From Methanotrichaceae archaeon (GTDB lineage Archaea > Halobacteriota > Methanosarcinia > Methanotrichales > Methanotrichaceae): DNA of 58,590 nt. The notes under the pieces are model-generated. The model saw only the letters and a list, made by a program, of their open reading frames with translations. It had not been told where the DNA came from and made no database searches. Shown piece by piece: positions 30,928-41,543 of the stretch. Where the stretch lies: assembly GCA_963813075.1 (NCBI GenBank), contig CAWEXU010000027.1, forward strand, positions 1 through 58,590, read 5' to 3'. How positions within the stretch are numbered: position 1 is the first letter of the stretch; every line of letters starts with the position of its first letter. Made by a program: the position numbers and the translations under genes.

Positions 30928-32217
30928 ATGAATCGCAGTATTCCAGACTTTCCAGGAAAACCTATTAATGTAGATCCTCATCCAAATAAGATTAAAAGGG
31001 TTTACAGCATTCATGTTATAACGCCGATCTTTAGTGGTGGTGTCAGAGCTAACGAGAATGATCCTATTACACTCATACGCCCATCGAGCATTCGCGGCCA
31101 TCTTAGGTTCTTATGGCGGGCGACAAGAGGAGCAAATTGCACCACAGTCGCCGAGCTTCGGCAACGCGAGGGCGAGATCTGGGGAACGACCGATAATCCC
31201 AGCCAGGTGATCGTTGAAGCCTCAGTTACATCAAAAGGGTCAACATATCCATGTGCGTACATCCCTGATGGAAAAAACTTTGCCAGATTCAGGGAAAGCC
31301 ATCCAGGATATGCACTTTTTCCATTTCAGGGAAATAAAAAAGAAGGAATTCCAATTGCCAATTGCACCTCGAAAGTCTCTTTTGATTTGAAGCTGATCTA
31401 TCCACAGAGCCTATCAGATGACTTGGAGGCAGCTGTCTGGGCTTGGGTGAACTTCGGAGGTATAGGCGCTCGCACCAGAAGGGGCGGCGGGTCACTGTAT
31501 TGCCAGGAGCTTGCGCCGCCGGATGCATCCAGCATCGCATCTTGGTATAAAGAACGTTTAAAGAGCTTAGGCATCATTCTGTCCCATCCCAAACAATGGC
31601 CTATCTTGCCAGATAGCCTGCTTGTTAAGAGCAGCAACAATGCAATGCAGGCATGGAATGATGTTGTGACCCTGATGCAGACATTCAGGCAGGGCCAGAA
31701 TGTAGGCAGAAATCCTGGCAAGGCACCGAATCGCCCAGGACGATCACGATGGCCTGAACCAGAGACTATCAGAAGCGCGACTTCTCAGCGGGATCCAAAG
31801 CACTCCAGAATGTCGGGAATTCCCAATGATGCTTTCCCCAGAGCTGAGCTTGGTCTGCCTATAGTGTTCCATTTTAAGGACTACAATGATCCTAAAGACA
31901 CTGAGCTTTACCCAATAGTGGATGGTGAGGAGAAGACAAGAATGGCAAGTCCATTGATATTGAGACCGATAGTCTGTCAAAATGGAGAGGTGCAGCAGAT
32001 GATCCTTTGCTTAAAGGCACCATCACCCAATGAAGTCGTTCTAAAAAAAGCACCTGAAAATCCAAAGTTCAAGAAAATTCGAGATCCTATGCTCAATGCA
32101 TATCCACAATCCCCTCTAGGAAGTCCAGGGCCCGGACTGCCTGCAAGATCTCGATCCGGTTCAGCAATTGAAGGATTCCTCGCCTTTGCTGAGGAGAATA
32201 AATTCCGGGTGGTTTAA
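30928..32217 (+). CDS. cmr1: Type III-B RAMP protein Cmr1
   Basis: VITPIFSGGV, RPSSIRGHLRFLWRA, FGGIGARTRRGGGSL, RAELGLPIVF, RMASPLILRP. Confidence 0.95.
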   Translation: MNRSIPDFPGKPINVDPHPNKIKRVYSIHVITPIFSGGVRANENDPITLIRPSSIRGHLRFLWRATRGANCTTVAELRQREGEIWGTTDNPSQVIVEASVTSKGSTYPCAYIPDGKNFARFRESHPGYALFPFQGNKKEGIPIANCTSKVSFDLKLIYPQSLSDDLEAAVWAWVNFGGIGARTRRGGGSLYCQELAPPDASSIASWYKERLKSLGIILSHPKQWPILPDSLLVKSSNNAMQAWNDVVTLMQTFRQGQNVGRNPGKAPNRPGRSRWPEPETIRSATSQRDPKHSRMSGIPNDAFPRAELGLPIVFHFKDYNDPKDTELYPIVDGEEKTRMASPLILRPIVCQNGEVQQMILCLKAPSPNEVVLKKAPENPKFKKIRDPMLNAYPQSPLGSPGPGLPARSRSGSAIEGFLAFAEENKFRVV

Positions 32218-32218
32218 C

Positions 32219-34213
32219 TTGGCGTCATATCTATATGTTCTCTCAATCGGCCCTGTCCAGGACTTCATTAAAAATGCCAGGAGGACAAGGGACCTCTGGT
32301 TTGGCTCACACCTGCTTTCAGAGATCAGCAAAGCTGCAGCAAGAGAAGTATCTGGACATGGTGAGCTCATATTTCCCGCATTGAATGCAGGAAATAAAGA
32401 ACTGGAACCTGACAGTAAACCTGGAGCCTTTAATGTCTCTAATATAATACTTGCCAAACTGGACGAAAATCCCATCAAAATTAACGAACTGGCCAAGGAA
32501 GCAGCTCGCAAAGAATGGATGCGCTACGCCGACGGTGCGAAAGATCTGGCAGATTATCTGGCCCCAGGATTTGTCAGTGATGAGAGGTGGTCGGAGCAGA
32601 TTCACGATGTAATAGAGTTTTATTCAGCTTGGGTGCCTTTCAGTGATGATCACGAAGGAAATTACAAAGAATCTCGAATAAGGTTGATGCGTCTTTTGGA
32701 TGGTAGAAAGGCTATAAGGAACTTCGATCAGCCAAAGAAGCATCCAGGAATCCCAAAGTGCTCCCTTGATGGAGCTAGAGATAGCATCATTGAAAAAGAT
32801 AAGGAGATTCTCAAGGAGAACGAGCTAGCTCTAAAGATGCGGCTCCAGGCAGGGGAGCAACTCTGTGCCATTGGACTCACCAAGAGGCTTGGTCGACGTA
32901 AGAAAAGTGATGACGAAGATTTGTCTTCGGTGAGACTTGAGGCGTTTCCATCTGTCGTGCGTGTATCACTCGATCCATGGATTCGAGGAGTTCATAACTC
33001 AGATGCAGGCGCTAGGATTCTTCTAGATGACATCGGGAAGATATGCGAGGATAATACCAAAGCTAATGTTATGAGCGGTGGAATCGGAAATGGCTATATT
33101 GCCCAGGGAACCGGCTGTATGAGCAACGGAAAACGGCGTTATCCCGAGTTTCCTTTCGATGGTCAGGTTTTGCATCTTCCGAGAATTGATAGGATGATGA
33201 AAGCCAGAGAAGAGAAGAACCGTGATAGTTATAATAGTTGGGAAGCTTTTCTCTCTGATACAGATATAAGCGATCTTAAAACCATAAAAAGGATGGTGGA
33301 AAGACTACAGCGGAGCGGAGAGACAAAGGATGGAGAGAGATTTTTCGGATTGGGTGAGCCAGGTCGCTATTTAGCGATTCTAGTCGCAGATGGCGATCGC
33401 ATGGGCAAAATAATTTCATACATAGAGGAGAGACCAGAGCATAGAAGCCTCTCGAAAAAGTTAGCTGAATTCGCCAAGGAAGCCAGAAAGATTGTTGATA
33501 AAGATAATCATGGTTGTTTAATATATTCGGGGGGAGATGATGTTCTGGCTTTTGTGCCATTGGATTTCTGTCTTCAAGCTGCTAGGGATCTGCATGACGG
33601 TTTTGGAAAATATTTGGAGAAATTCTCTTACAATGAAGGAGACAAGACTATCAAACCAAGCCTTTCAGTAGGTATCGCCATTGGCCATTCAATGGAACCT
33701 CTTGAAGATCTGCTAAGCGCAGGAAGAGACGCGGAAGAGGCAGCAAAAAAGGGAACAGTACCTGATGATGAGAGAAACGGCCTTGCAGTCCATCTCTATC
33801 CCAGAAGTGGCACACCTATCAAGATTCGCGAAAGATGGAATCCAGAGGGGGAAATCAGCCTCGATAAGCGTCTCCTCAAGTGGGCGGAGATGCATTGTAT
33901 GGATATGCTGCCGGATGGCGCCGCTTACGACATGCATGAGCTAGCAGAGGATTACAAAGATTGGAAAGGAACCACTAAAGCTCAGCTTGAAAGTCTCATT
34001 ATTGCAGATAGTTGGAGACTTCTAAAGCGCAAAAAGGCAGGCAGCATAAGTTCTGAGGCTCTCAAATTAGATCATATCAAAGACCTACTAGCAGGGGTCG
34101 ATTCTTATGAAAAGATCAAAATGAGATCAGATGAGCTTATTTTGTCTCGACAGATAGCATCTGCGATGAAGAAGGCGAAATGGAATATTCAAAAAGAAAA
34201 GGAAATCAATTAG
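32219..34213 (+). CDS. cas10: Cas10/Cmr2 without HD nuclease domain, Palm motif intact
   Basis: Starts directly at SIGPVQDFIKNARRTRDLWFGSHLLS; ADGDRMGK and YSGGDDVLAF. Confidence 0.96.
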   Translation: MASYLYVLSIGPVQDFIKNARRTRDLWFGSHLLSEISKAAAREVSGHGELIFPALNAGNKELEPDSKPGAFNVSNIILAKLDENPIKINELAKEAARKEWMRYADGAKDLADYLAPGFVSDERWSEQIHDVIEFYSAWVPFSDDHEGNYKESRIRLMRLLDGRKAIRNFDQPKKHPGIPKCSLDGARDSIIEKDKEILKENELALKMRLQAGEQLCAIGLTKRLGRRKKSDDEDLSSVRLEAFPSVVRVSLDPWIRGVHNSDAGARILLDDIGKICEDNTKANVMSGGIGNGYIAQGTGCMSNGKRRYPEFPFDGQVLHLPRIDRMMKAREEKNRDSYNSWEAFLSDTDISDLKTIKRMVERLQRSGETKDGERFFGLGEPGRYLAILVADGDRMGKIISYIEERPEHRSLSKKLAEFAKEARKIVDKDNHGCLIYSGGDDVLAFVPLDFCLQAARDLHDGFGKYLEKFSYNEGDKTIKPSLSVGIAIGHSMEPLEDLLSAGRDAEEAAKKGTVPDDERNGLAVHLYPRSGTPIKIRERWNPEGEISLDKRLLKWAEMHCMDMLPDGAAYDMHELAEDYKDWKGTTKAQLESLIIADSWRLLKRKKAGSISSEALKLDHIKDLLAGVDSYEKIKMRSDELILSRQIASAMKKAKWNIQKEKEIN

Positions 34214-34224
34214 GTGGTCCTATA

Positions 34225-35484
34225 ATGGAGACATACCTGACAATAACACCCTACGATCCGATAATTGCTAGAGACGGTCGTCCATTTGGATTCGGACAAA
34301 GGCGAATGCATTCCTTAAATTGGCCTTATCCATCGGTCCTGGCAGGCTCTTTGAGAACTATAATTGGAAAAGAGATGGGGACAGACTTCAGGGATCCAAA
34401 ATTTTTAGAGGATTTAAAGAAAATTATTATCTCTGGGCCTCTGCCTTTGTGTAGTGATAAGCTATTCTTTCCAGCTCCTAAGGATCTTATTGTGCGAGAA
34501 GAGGGGAATAAGCGAGATGCATTTGCACTTCGACCGATGAAGTTGAATAAAAATAAGGATGACTCGGATGAAGGCTGTGATCTGCCGAATAGAGATCTTC
34601 TTCCTACATTGCTTCCTATGGATATAGAGGATTTTAAGCCAGCCGCAGTGCCCTCATTCTGGTCAGCTGAAATGATGATTCAGTGGCTAATGAATCCTTT
34701 TGGAAAAGATTTTCGGGCACCACCTGATCCTGAAAAGGCTAACTCTCATACGGATTTTCTTCCATCTATGCCGAAAGATTCGAGAGTTCATGTTAAGATC
34801 TCTCCAGAGCTAGGTTCAGTTGAAGAATCTGATGGCGAAGGTATGCTTTTTATGACTGTGGGACTGGATCTATCCCAAAAGGAAAAGCCTCAAGGAATAA
34901 AGCTTGCTGCAAGGTGCGAAGCTGAAAAAATCCTTGGAGAGAAATTGCAAAATATCAATTCCTTCGGCACATTTGGTGGAGAGAGGCGACTTGCTCACTG
35001 GAAAACGGAAGCGAAGGATAAGATGCAGAAGATTTGGAGCTTCCCAGAGGAGATTAAGCAGGCTCTTGAGGATCAAAAAGAGAAATCTGGTAGACAACTG
35101 CTTCGCATGATATTGGTGACCCCTGCTATATTCTCTGATGGTTGGCTTCCAGGATGGATTAATTGCCATGGTGGTTCGCTTGTTGGTTCCCCTCCTCTCG
35201 AAAATCGAGCTAATTTGGAATTGAGATTGATATCGGCATCTATTGATCGCTGGAAGCCTATTTCCGGCTGGAGTCCTGAACGCCTCAAAGACGGCCCTAA
35301 ACCTGGCCCAAAACCAATTCGAAGGCTTGTTGCTGCGGGTTCGGTTTATTTCTTTGAAGTTTTATCTGGGAATGCAGAAGATATAGTCAAAGAACTCTGG
35401 CTGAGGTCGGTATGTGATGATGATCAGGATAGGCGAGATGGATTTGGACTTGCGGTCTGGGGAATATGGGATTATGCTGATTGA
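34225..35484 (+). CDS. cmr3: Type III-B protein Cmr3
   Basis: PYDPIIARDGRPF, WPYPSVLAGSLRT, FGGERRLA, LVTPAIF, AGSVYFF, DGFGLAVWG. Confidence 0.95.
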   Translation: METYLTITPYDPIIARDGRPFGFGQRRMHSLNWPYPSVLAGSLRTIIGKEMGTDFRDPKFLEDLKKIIISGPLPLCSDKLFFPAPKDLIVREEGNKRDAFALRPMKLNKNKDDSDEGCDLPNRDLLPTLLPMDIEDFKPAAVPSFWSAEMMIQWLMNPFGKDFRAPPDPEKANSHTDFLPSMPKDSRVHVKISPELGSVEESDGEGMLFMTVGLDLSQKEKPQGIKLAARCEAEKILGEKLQNINSFGTFGGERRLAHWKTEAKDKMQKIWSFPEEIKQALEDQKEKSGRQLLRMILVTPAIFSDGWLPGWINCHGGSLVGSPPLENRANLELRLISASIDRWKPISGWSPERLKDGPKPGPKPIRRLVAAGSVYFFEVLSGNAEDIVKELWLRSVCDDDQDRRDGFGLAVWGIWDYAD

Positions 35485-35516
35485 GATGAATATAGATATG
35501 TGAAGAGGTGTGATAT

Positions 35517-36437
35517 TTGACAACTAAAATATATTGGCTGGAGGCTATAACGCCTCTGCATGTTGGGACGGGTCGAGGAGTAGGATTCATAGATCTTCCA
35601 ATTATCAGGGAAAAGGTGACTGGTTGGCCTCTTGTGCCAGGATCGTCAGTCAAAGGTGTAATTAGGGACTACTTCGATCAAGAGAAGAGCAAAAAAACGG
35701 ATGAAGAGAAAAAAGCCTTTGAGAAGCTTATTAATGCGGCCTTCGGAAAGCCAGACGATGATAAAGGCAACGCTAACTCAGGCAGCCTTGTCTTTACAGA
35801 TGCCAGAATTGTCTGCCTTCCCATTCGCAGCCTTTATGGCACCTTTGCCTACATAACAAGCCGTCTAGTTCTTGAGAGGATGAAAAGAGATCTTAGAGAT
35901 GCTGGATACACAGATGTACCAGAAGTGCCTGACGCAAGCGAGACCGAAGTGCTTCTTGCGCAAGAATCCAAATTAGCTGCGGATGGCAAGGTTTTCTTTG
36001 AGGATCTAGACTTCACAGCCAGAAAAGGTAATGATCTTGTTCAAAAATGGGCAGGTTTGCTTGCAAGAGCAATCTTTTCTGGAGATGTTAAATGGCAAGG
36101 CATCTTTCAGGAGCGCTTTGCAGTAGTATCGGATAATAGCTTCAACTTCCTGTCTGAGACTGGGACTGAGGTTGCGGCCCATATCAGAATTAAGGATGAA
36201 ACAAAGACTGTCGACGAGGGTGCCCTATGGTATGAGGAGGCTTTGCCGGTGGAGACGATCCTGGCTGGTATTGTCTGGTGTGATAGGGTCTATGGCTGCA
36301 ATGGCGGCGATCAGAAGACGCTTGTTGAAAAGATGATGAGCACATTTTGTGGTGGTGACTCAGCGCGGGAGCTGCAGATCGGCGGAAAGGCGACTGTTGG
36401 CAAAGGCAGAGCGAGATGCCAATTCACGAGGGGTTGA
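35517..36437 (+). CDS. cmr4: Type III-B backbone RNase Cmr4
   Basis: TPLHVGTG, catalytic Asp in FIDLPIIRE, PGSSVKG, ALWYEEALP, QIGGKATVGKG. Confidence 0.96.
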   Translation: MTTKIYWLEAITPLHVGTGRGVGFIDLPIIREKVTGWPLVPGSSVKGVIRDYFDQEKSKKTDEEKKAFEKLINAAFGKPDDDKGNANSGSLVFTDARIVCLPIRSLYGTFAYITSRLVLERMKRDLRDAGYTDVPEVPDASETEVLLAQESKLAADGKVFFEDLDFTARKGNDLVQKWAGLLARAIFSGDVKWQGIFQERFAVVSDNSFNFLSETGTEVAAHIRIKDETKTVDEGALWYEEALPVETILAGIVWCDRVYGCNGGDQKTLVEKMMSTFCGGDSARELQIGGKATVGKGRARCQFTRG

Positions 36438-36438
36438 A

Positions 36439-36783
36439 ATGGCAGGAAATACTCTCCAGACCAGACAGCAGAAAAGAGCGCAGCTTGCTTATAGCTGTGT
36501 TTCATCTCGCTTGAAAGGGGATGAGAAGTACGGACAAATTGCCAAAAAATTTCCTGCTCTTGTTCACAATTGCGGCCTGGCTCAATCCATTGCTTTTGTG
36601 CAGGCAAAGGAGGGAGCAACAGGTGATGCCTACATATCCCATCTAACCCAGGTGATGGGCGAAACGGGAGATCTTGGGAGCACCAGTAGAAGTGCCGATA
36701 TGATGAAGTATCAGAGGCTAACCCGCGAGGCAATCGAGTCAGCTACATGGATTAAACGCTACTCTGAAGCCCTTCTGGAGTGA
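36439..36783 (+). CDS. cmr5: Type III-B small subunit Cmr5
   Basis: TRQQKRAQLAY, KKFPALVHNCGLAQSIAF, YQRLTREA...WIKRYSEA. Confidence 0.93.
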   Translation: MAGNTLQTRQQKRAQLAYSCVSSRLKGDEKYGQIAKKFPALVHNCGLAQSIAFVQAKEGATGDAYISHLTQVMGETGDLGSTSRSADMMKYQRLTREAIESATWIKRYSEALLE

Positions 36784-36791
36784 GACTGACC

Positions 36792-37933
36792 ATGGCAGAT
36801 GCTTGTAGATCGGTTATCTCTGATTGGTGGGCACTAGATAAAGCTAGCGAGAATGCGGGGCTATTGAGAGATAGGTTTCTGCGAATAGCTGTTAAAGACA
36901 AAAAGAATCACCCTCAAGCGCGAGACGATCTTTTCGAGGCGATGTGCCAGTCTCTAGTTAATTCTCAAGAGATTTACATAATAGCTTATCAAAAACAAGA
37001 GTCTGCAATTAAAAATTTGAAATCCAAAGGATTCTTCAACACAGATGGCAGGATGATCATCGGCCTCGGGGGAGAGAATGTTCTGGAGACAGGTCTCACA
37101 TTAAATCATACTTATGGGACACCGATGATCCCAGGAACAGCGCTTAAGGGACTGGCGGCACACTACTGCCATAAGGCCTGGGGGGAAGCAGATGAGCGGT
37201 TCAAGATCGGCGGTGAGTACCATCGGGCCATCTTCGGGACCACTGAATATTCAGGGCACCTCATATTCCATGATGCCTGGATCACGCCTGAGAGCTTGAT
37301 CGGATCGCTCCAGCCTGATGTGATGACGCCACACCATGGTGATTACTACTCTGATGAGAAGGGCCTGACTCCACCGACAGACTTCGATGATCCAAATCCC
37401 GTAACATTCCTCTCAGTAGTGGGAAAATTTTTGATTGCAGTCTCATGTGATGTTCCGGGACCTGTTGGTGACGAATGGGCCGAGAGGGTCTTCGATCTGC
37501 TCACTGATGCGCTCAGAGAATGGGGGATCGGTGGCAAGACCAATGCGGGTTATGGGAGACTCATCCTAGAGAATCCAGAAGAGATGAGCGAAAAGGCCGC
37601 CGAACCAACGATTGTATCTTCGAACTCCGATTTACAGAAATCACGGAAACAAATCTCATCAGTTGCGAAAAAATTAAAATATAAAAAGGGCGATACTGTT
37701 GAGGTTACCAGAGTTGCCGATCCTAAGGAGAAACGAGGTGCTTCCTATTTCATGGCTGATGATGGCATCGGTGGACTTGTAGTTTTGGAACACCGCCTTC
37801 TGCTGAGATCGGTGAGAAAGTCCTCTTGGAAATAAATGGAGTAATGGAAAAAGAGGGTTTATACAATTTTGCTGCCGTCGGCGCAAAGAGAGAATCTGCT
37901 CATCAGACAAAGGGCAAGAGAGGACGAAGATGA
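36792..37933 (+). CDS. cmr6: Type III-B RAMP protein Cmr6 with C-terminal extension (probable indel ~37787; end approximate)
   Basis: RMIIGLG, ETGLTLNHTYGTPMIPGTALKG, DVMTPHH..YY, DDPNPVTFL, GIGGKTNAGYG. Confidence 0.93.
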
Positions 37934-39242
37934 GGATCTTATTATGCCTTATTAGCGACCAGCATGTGCCGAACCTATTGACTGTTCATAAGGTAATGCC
38001 GGATCTTCTTATTTTGGTTGTAACACCAGATATGAAGCGCAGGAATGTGGCCACTAATTTCATGGATGCTCTGGATATAGGTGGATTGAGTTACCTTCAT
38101 GAAAATGATCGGCACGAAATAATCCCTCTCGAAGACGAGAACTCTATGCCTTCAGCCTTCAAGGTCTTTACAGATATCACTTCAAAGTATCCAGAAGCCG
38201 AGTGGATTATTAATATCACTGGTGGGACTAAGATAATGAGCATCGCTGCATTTGAATTCTTCAAAGATCGAAACAATTGCACAATGCTTTATGTGCCAAT
38301 TAATGATCAAACCAAAGCTCTGAAATTCACTGGAAAAAAACGGCTCAATCCATTCGACGAAAAGAATGCTGCGATCCAACGTGAGGCATTTTCTATTGCC
38401 AATAAAACTGAGCAATTAGATCATGAGGTCTCAATCAGTCAATTCCTGGCAGGATACGGATTTAAGCTATCTAAAGATGCAAAAGATATAGAAGAGAATG
38501 AGAAGCTTGCTTTGAAGTGGTTCGAAACCTCAGTATACCTTGTGGAAAATTATGATAAAAAAGATGTGATTGAGTTCTTGCGACATTTCACAGAAGTCTC
38601 ACATAACAGAAATGGTCGCGATAACGGCCTAAGTATCCATGAATCCGACAAGATAGATTTAAAAGACGAGCGTTTGATTGAGAACCTAACTCGGAATATT
38701 TCCTTCAATTGGCTTAAAAGATTCCCGGATAACAGGGTGTTTAGAGTCTAACGAGGTTGAATTTCTAACTGGAGGCTGGCTCGAAGTTTTCATTTGGGCC
38801 TTACTCTATCATCATTCGGATAATCTGGGGGGGTCAGAGAGGTACATCTAAATCTTGAAATAGCAAGCAAAGGAATAATTGAACCAAGGCCTAAGAATGA
38901 ATGGGACGTCACTTTTATGCAGGATCAGTCCCTTTGCTTTATTGAGTGCAAGACGGGAAAACAAAAGAAAAAGAAAGGAGAAGACATTCTCTATAAAGTG
39001 GAGGCGATCAAGAAGCATTTAGGTGCTCTGAGAGTTAAATATGTTATCTTGCGACAACCTCATCTAATGTTATCGATAAGGATACCGGCAAGATATATGA
39101 GCAATTATCAACACGATGCGCGCTCTACAACTGCAAGATTATTGATGGGGAGAAGCTTCAGAAGATCGCTAGAATGCACCTTGATCCAGGCAGACTCGGG
39201 AGCTCAGAGATAGTTGCATTAATAGATCAGATTCTCTTATAA
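37930..39242 (+). CDS. CARF + PD-(D/E)xK nuclease effector, Card1/Can2 (DUF1887) family; several indels
   Basis: CARF region LISDQHVPNL...INITGGTKIMSIAA; later frames give EFLTGGWLEVF, NEWDVTF and FIECKTG, ending IDQILL*. Confidence 0.85.
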
Positions 39243-39268
39243 TGAGCCCTGGGAAAGAAGGTTTGCAC

Positions 39269-39547
39269 TTGACCGCACCTATCATCTACTCCATCGCCGT
39301 CTCCTCGCCCATCACCCCCGCCGAGCCGCTCCCGCCTCTGCCCGACATCCCCCGCGGCTCGCTGGTGATCGTGGAGGGCCGGGCTCCCATCTGGCGCTAT
39401 GGAATGGCACTGCACAAATTGCACGCCTCGCCCGCTGCAGCCATCGCTTTCTACGATCCCCGCCTGGGGGCGGTGGTGGTGGCCACCCACAGCCAGGAGT
39501 GGCAGGTGGGCCAGGTGGTGGATGTGACGCTGCCGGTGGAGAAATAG
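39269..39547 (+). CDS. csx3: CRISPR ring nuclease Csx3/Crn3
   Basis: VIVEGRAPIWRYGMALH...IAFYDPRLGAVVVATHS signature. Confidence 0.92.
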   Translation: MTAPIIYSIAVSSPITPAEPLPPLPDIPRGSLVIVEGRAPIWRYGMALHKLHASPAAAIAFYDPRLGAVVVATHSQEWQVGQVVDVTLPVEK

Positions 39548-39579
39548 GGCTAAGGGCTTGAACTGCTGGGCAAGGTATA

Positions 39580-40018
39580 CAGTTCAACCGGGCCCGCCTG
39601 GAGAATATTAACCGTGATATAATCCAGAACCATCAACGGCTCGCCCCGATTGTATCCAAGCCACCCCGGCGTTGAGGGGACCAGGGCATAGCGCGGGAGG
39701 CCCGAAGGGCCGACTCGCGGCGTGCACAAAAAAATAGTCTGTGTAGATCAAAATTAGCCCAGATAAACAGCCTGGATTAAGAACTCAACTATGCTAAATT
39801 CGATCTTTCGATCCCCATAAAAGCAGTTCAGACATTCACCTGGGCCCGCCCGTAGAATTTCGTCTTTAATATATCTTAATCCAAAACCATCAACGGCTCA
39901 TTTCGATCTCTCTGGCTTTGAGGGGCCCTCTTTTCCTGAGTCCCGAAGGGCCGACTCGCGGCGTCCACTGAAAAACAGCTCGCATGAATAGATCAAATTC
40001 CTCTAAGAACCTGGCCTG
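39580..40018. repeat. Two diverged ~200-bp tandem units (about 39580-39775 and 39824-40018)
   Basis: Shared blocks in the same order: CAGTTCA, GGGCCCGCC, AACCATCAACGGCTC, CCCGAAGGGCCGACTCGCGGCGT (39701-39723 and 39942-39964), TAGATCAAATT. Confidence 0.75.
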
Positions 40019-40025
40019 AAAAAAA

Positions 40026-40255
40026 ATGACCGCATCCATCATCTGCGTTCCAACTTGCCCGACATCCTCCGCGACTCGCTGGTGATCGTGCATGGGTGCC
40101 ATCTGGCGCTATGGAATGGCACTGCACAAATTGCACGCTCCCCCCGCCGCTGCCATCGCCTTCTACGATCCGCGTACGGTGGTTATGGCCAATCACCGCC
40201 CATGCAATGGCAATTGAGCCAGGCGTCGGATGCCATCCTGCCGGTGGAAAAGCAG
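40026..40255 (+). pseudogene. csx3: Degenerate second copy of csx3
   Basis: Near-identical DNA blocks to 39269-39547 (CCATCTGGCGCTATGGAATGGCACTGCACAAATTGCACGC, TTCTACGATCC, CTGCCGGTGGA) with multi-base deletions and substitutions. Confidence 0.85.
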
Positions 40256-40319
40256 AGCGATGGGTAGACTTGCCGGGCAAGAGGGCAATGGATATATGAA
40301 TATTGCATTAGCTCCAGAC

Positions 40320-41457
40320 TCACCCTCTCAAATACCCCTCGATCCTCTCCAGCCCTTCTGCTATCTTCTCTAATGAGTTGGCATAGCTGAAGCGCAGATA
40401 TCCTTCCCCGTGCGGTCCGAAGTCAATGCCCGGAGTGACGCCCACATGGGCTTTTTCCAGAATATCGAAGGCCAGGGCATAAGAATCTCCAGATAAATGC
40501 CGGGCATTGGCGAAGACATAAAAGGCTCCTGTGGGCTCAATGGTAATTCCAAGGCCCAGCTCCCGCAACCGCCGGACCATGAACTGCCGCCGCTGATTGT
40601 AAATCCTCTTCATCTCCGCCACATCCGGAGCAGGTCTCCTCTAAAGCCGCAATTCCCGCCCGCTGGCCAAGAGAGCTGGCGCAGATGAAGAAGTTCTGCT
40701 GCATCTTCTGAATGGGCCGGACGAACCTCTCCGGGGCGATCAGATATCCCAGCCTCAGCCCGGTCATGGCATAGAGCTTGGAAAAGCCGTTCAGCACAAA
40801 GGCCTCTTCTGTGAACTCCAGGATGGAATGCTCCTTTCCCTCATAGACCAGTCCGTGATAGATCTCGTCCGAAATGACGTACGGACCGAGCCCGGCGATG
40901 GCCTTCATATTCTCCTCCGAAAGGAGATTCCCGGTGGGATTGGAGGGGGAGTTGATCAGAATGGCCCGGGTCTTGTCACTTATCCGCTCTCGGATCGCCT
41001 CCGCCCTCAGCTGGAAGCCGTCCTTTTCATAGACCGGAACCCTTGCCGGCACTCCCCCCAGGAAGCTTATGAAATTAGGATAACAGGAGTAGCCCGGATC
41101 GGAGAGGATCACCTCCTGGCCCCTCTCCAGGAAAGCGGAGAATACCAGCATCATCGCCGGCGAGGTGCCGGAGGTCACCACCACCTGCTCCGGCTTTATA
41201 AAGACGCCATAGGTCTTTTCATAGTGCCGGCATATGGCCTCTCGCAGCTCCAGATCCCCCAGGCTGTGGGTGTAGTGGGTCAATCCCTGGTCCAGAGCCT
41301 TTTTTGTTGCCTCTTTGACCGCTAAAGGGACATCGAAATCCGGCTCGCCCACCTCCAGATGGATGACATCAACTCCCTCTCTCTCCAGCTCCCTCGCCCT
41401 CTCCAAAACCTCCATCACAATGAAAGGCGTTATCTGTTCTGCTCTCCTGGCGATCAA
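40320..41457 (-). CDS. PLP-dependent class I aminotransferase (frameshift ~40625)
   Basis: LEVGEPDF, INSPSNPTG, ISDEIYH, NGFSKLYAMTGLRLGY, GAFYVF, YLRFSYA. Confidence 0.93.
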
Positions 41458-41543
41458 GATCCTTCTCCCCTATTGCCAGTCCAGTTGCCGCTTTACCTAA
41501 ATAACGCCTTTCATGCAGCAGCTCTCATCCGCATCGGCCCGGC

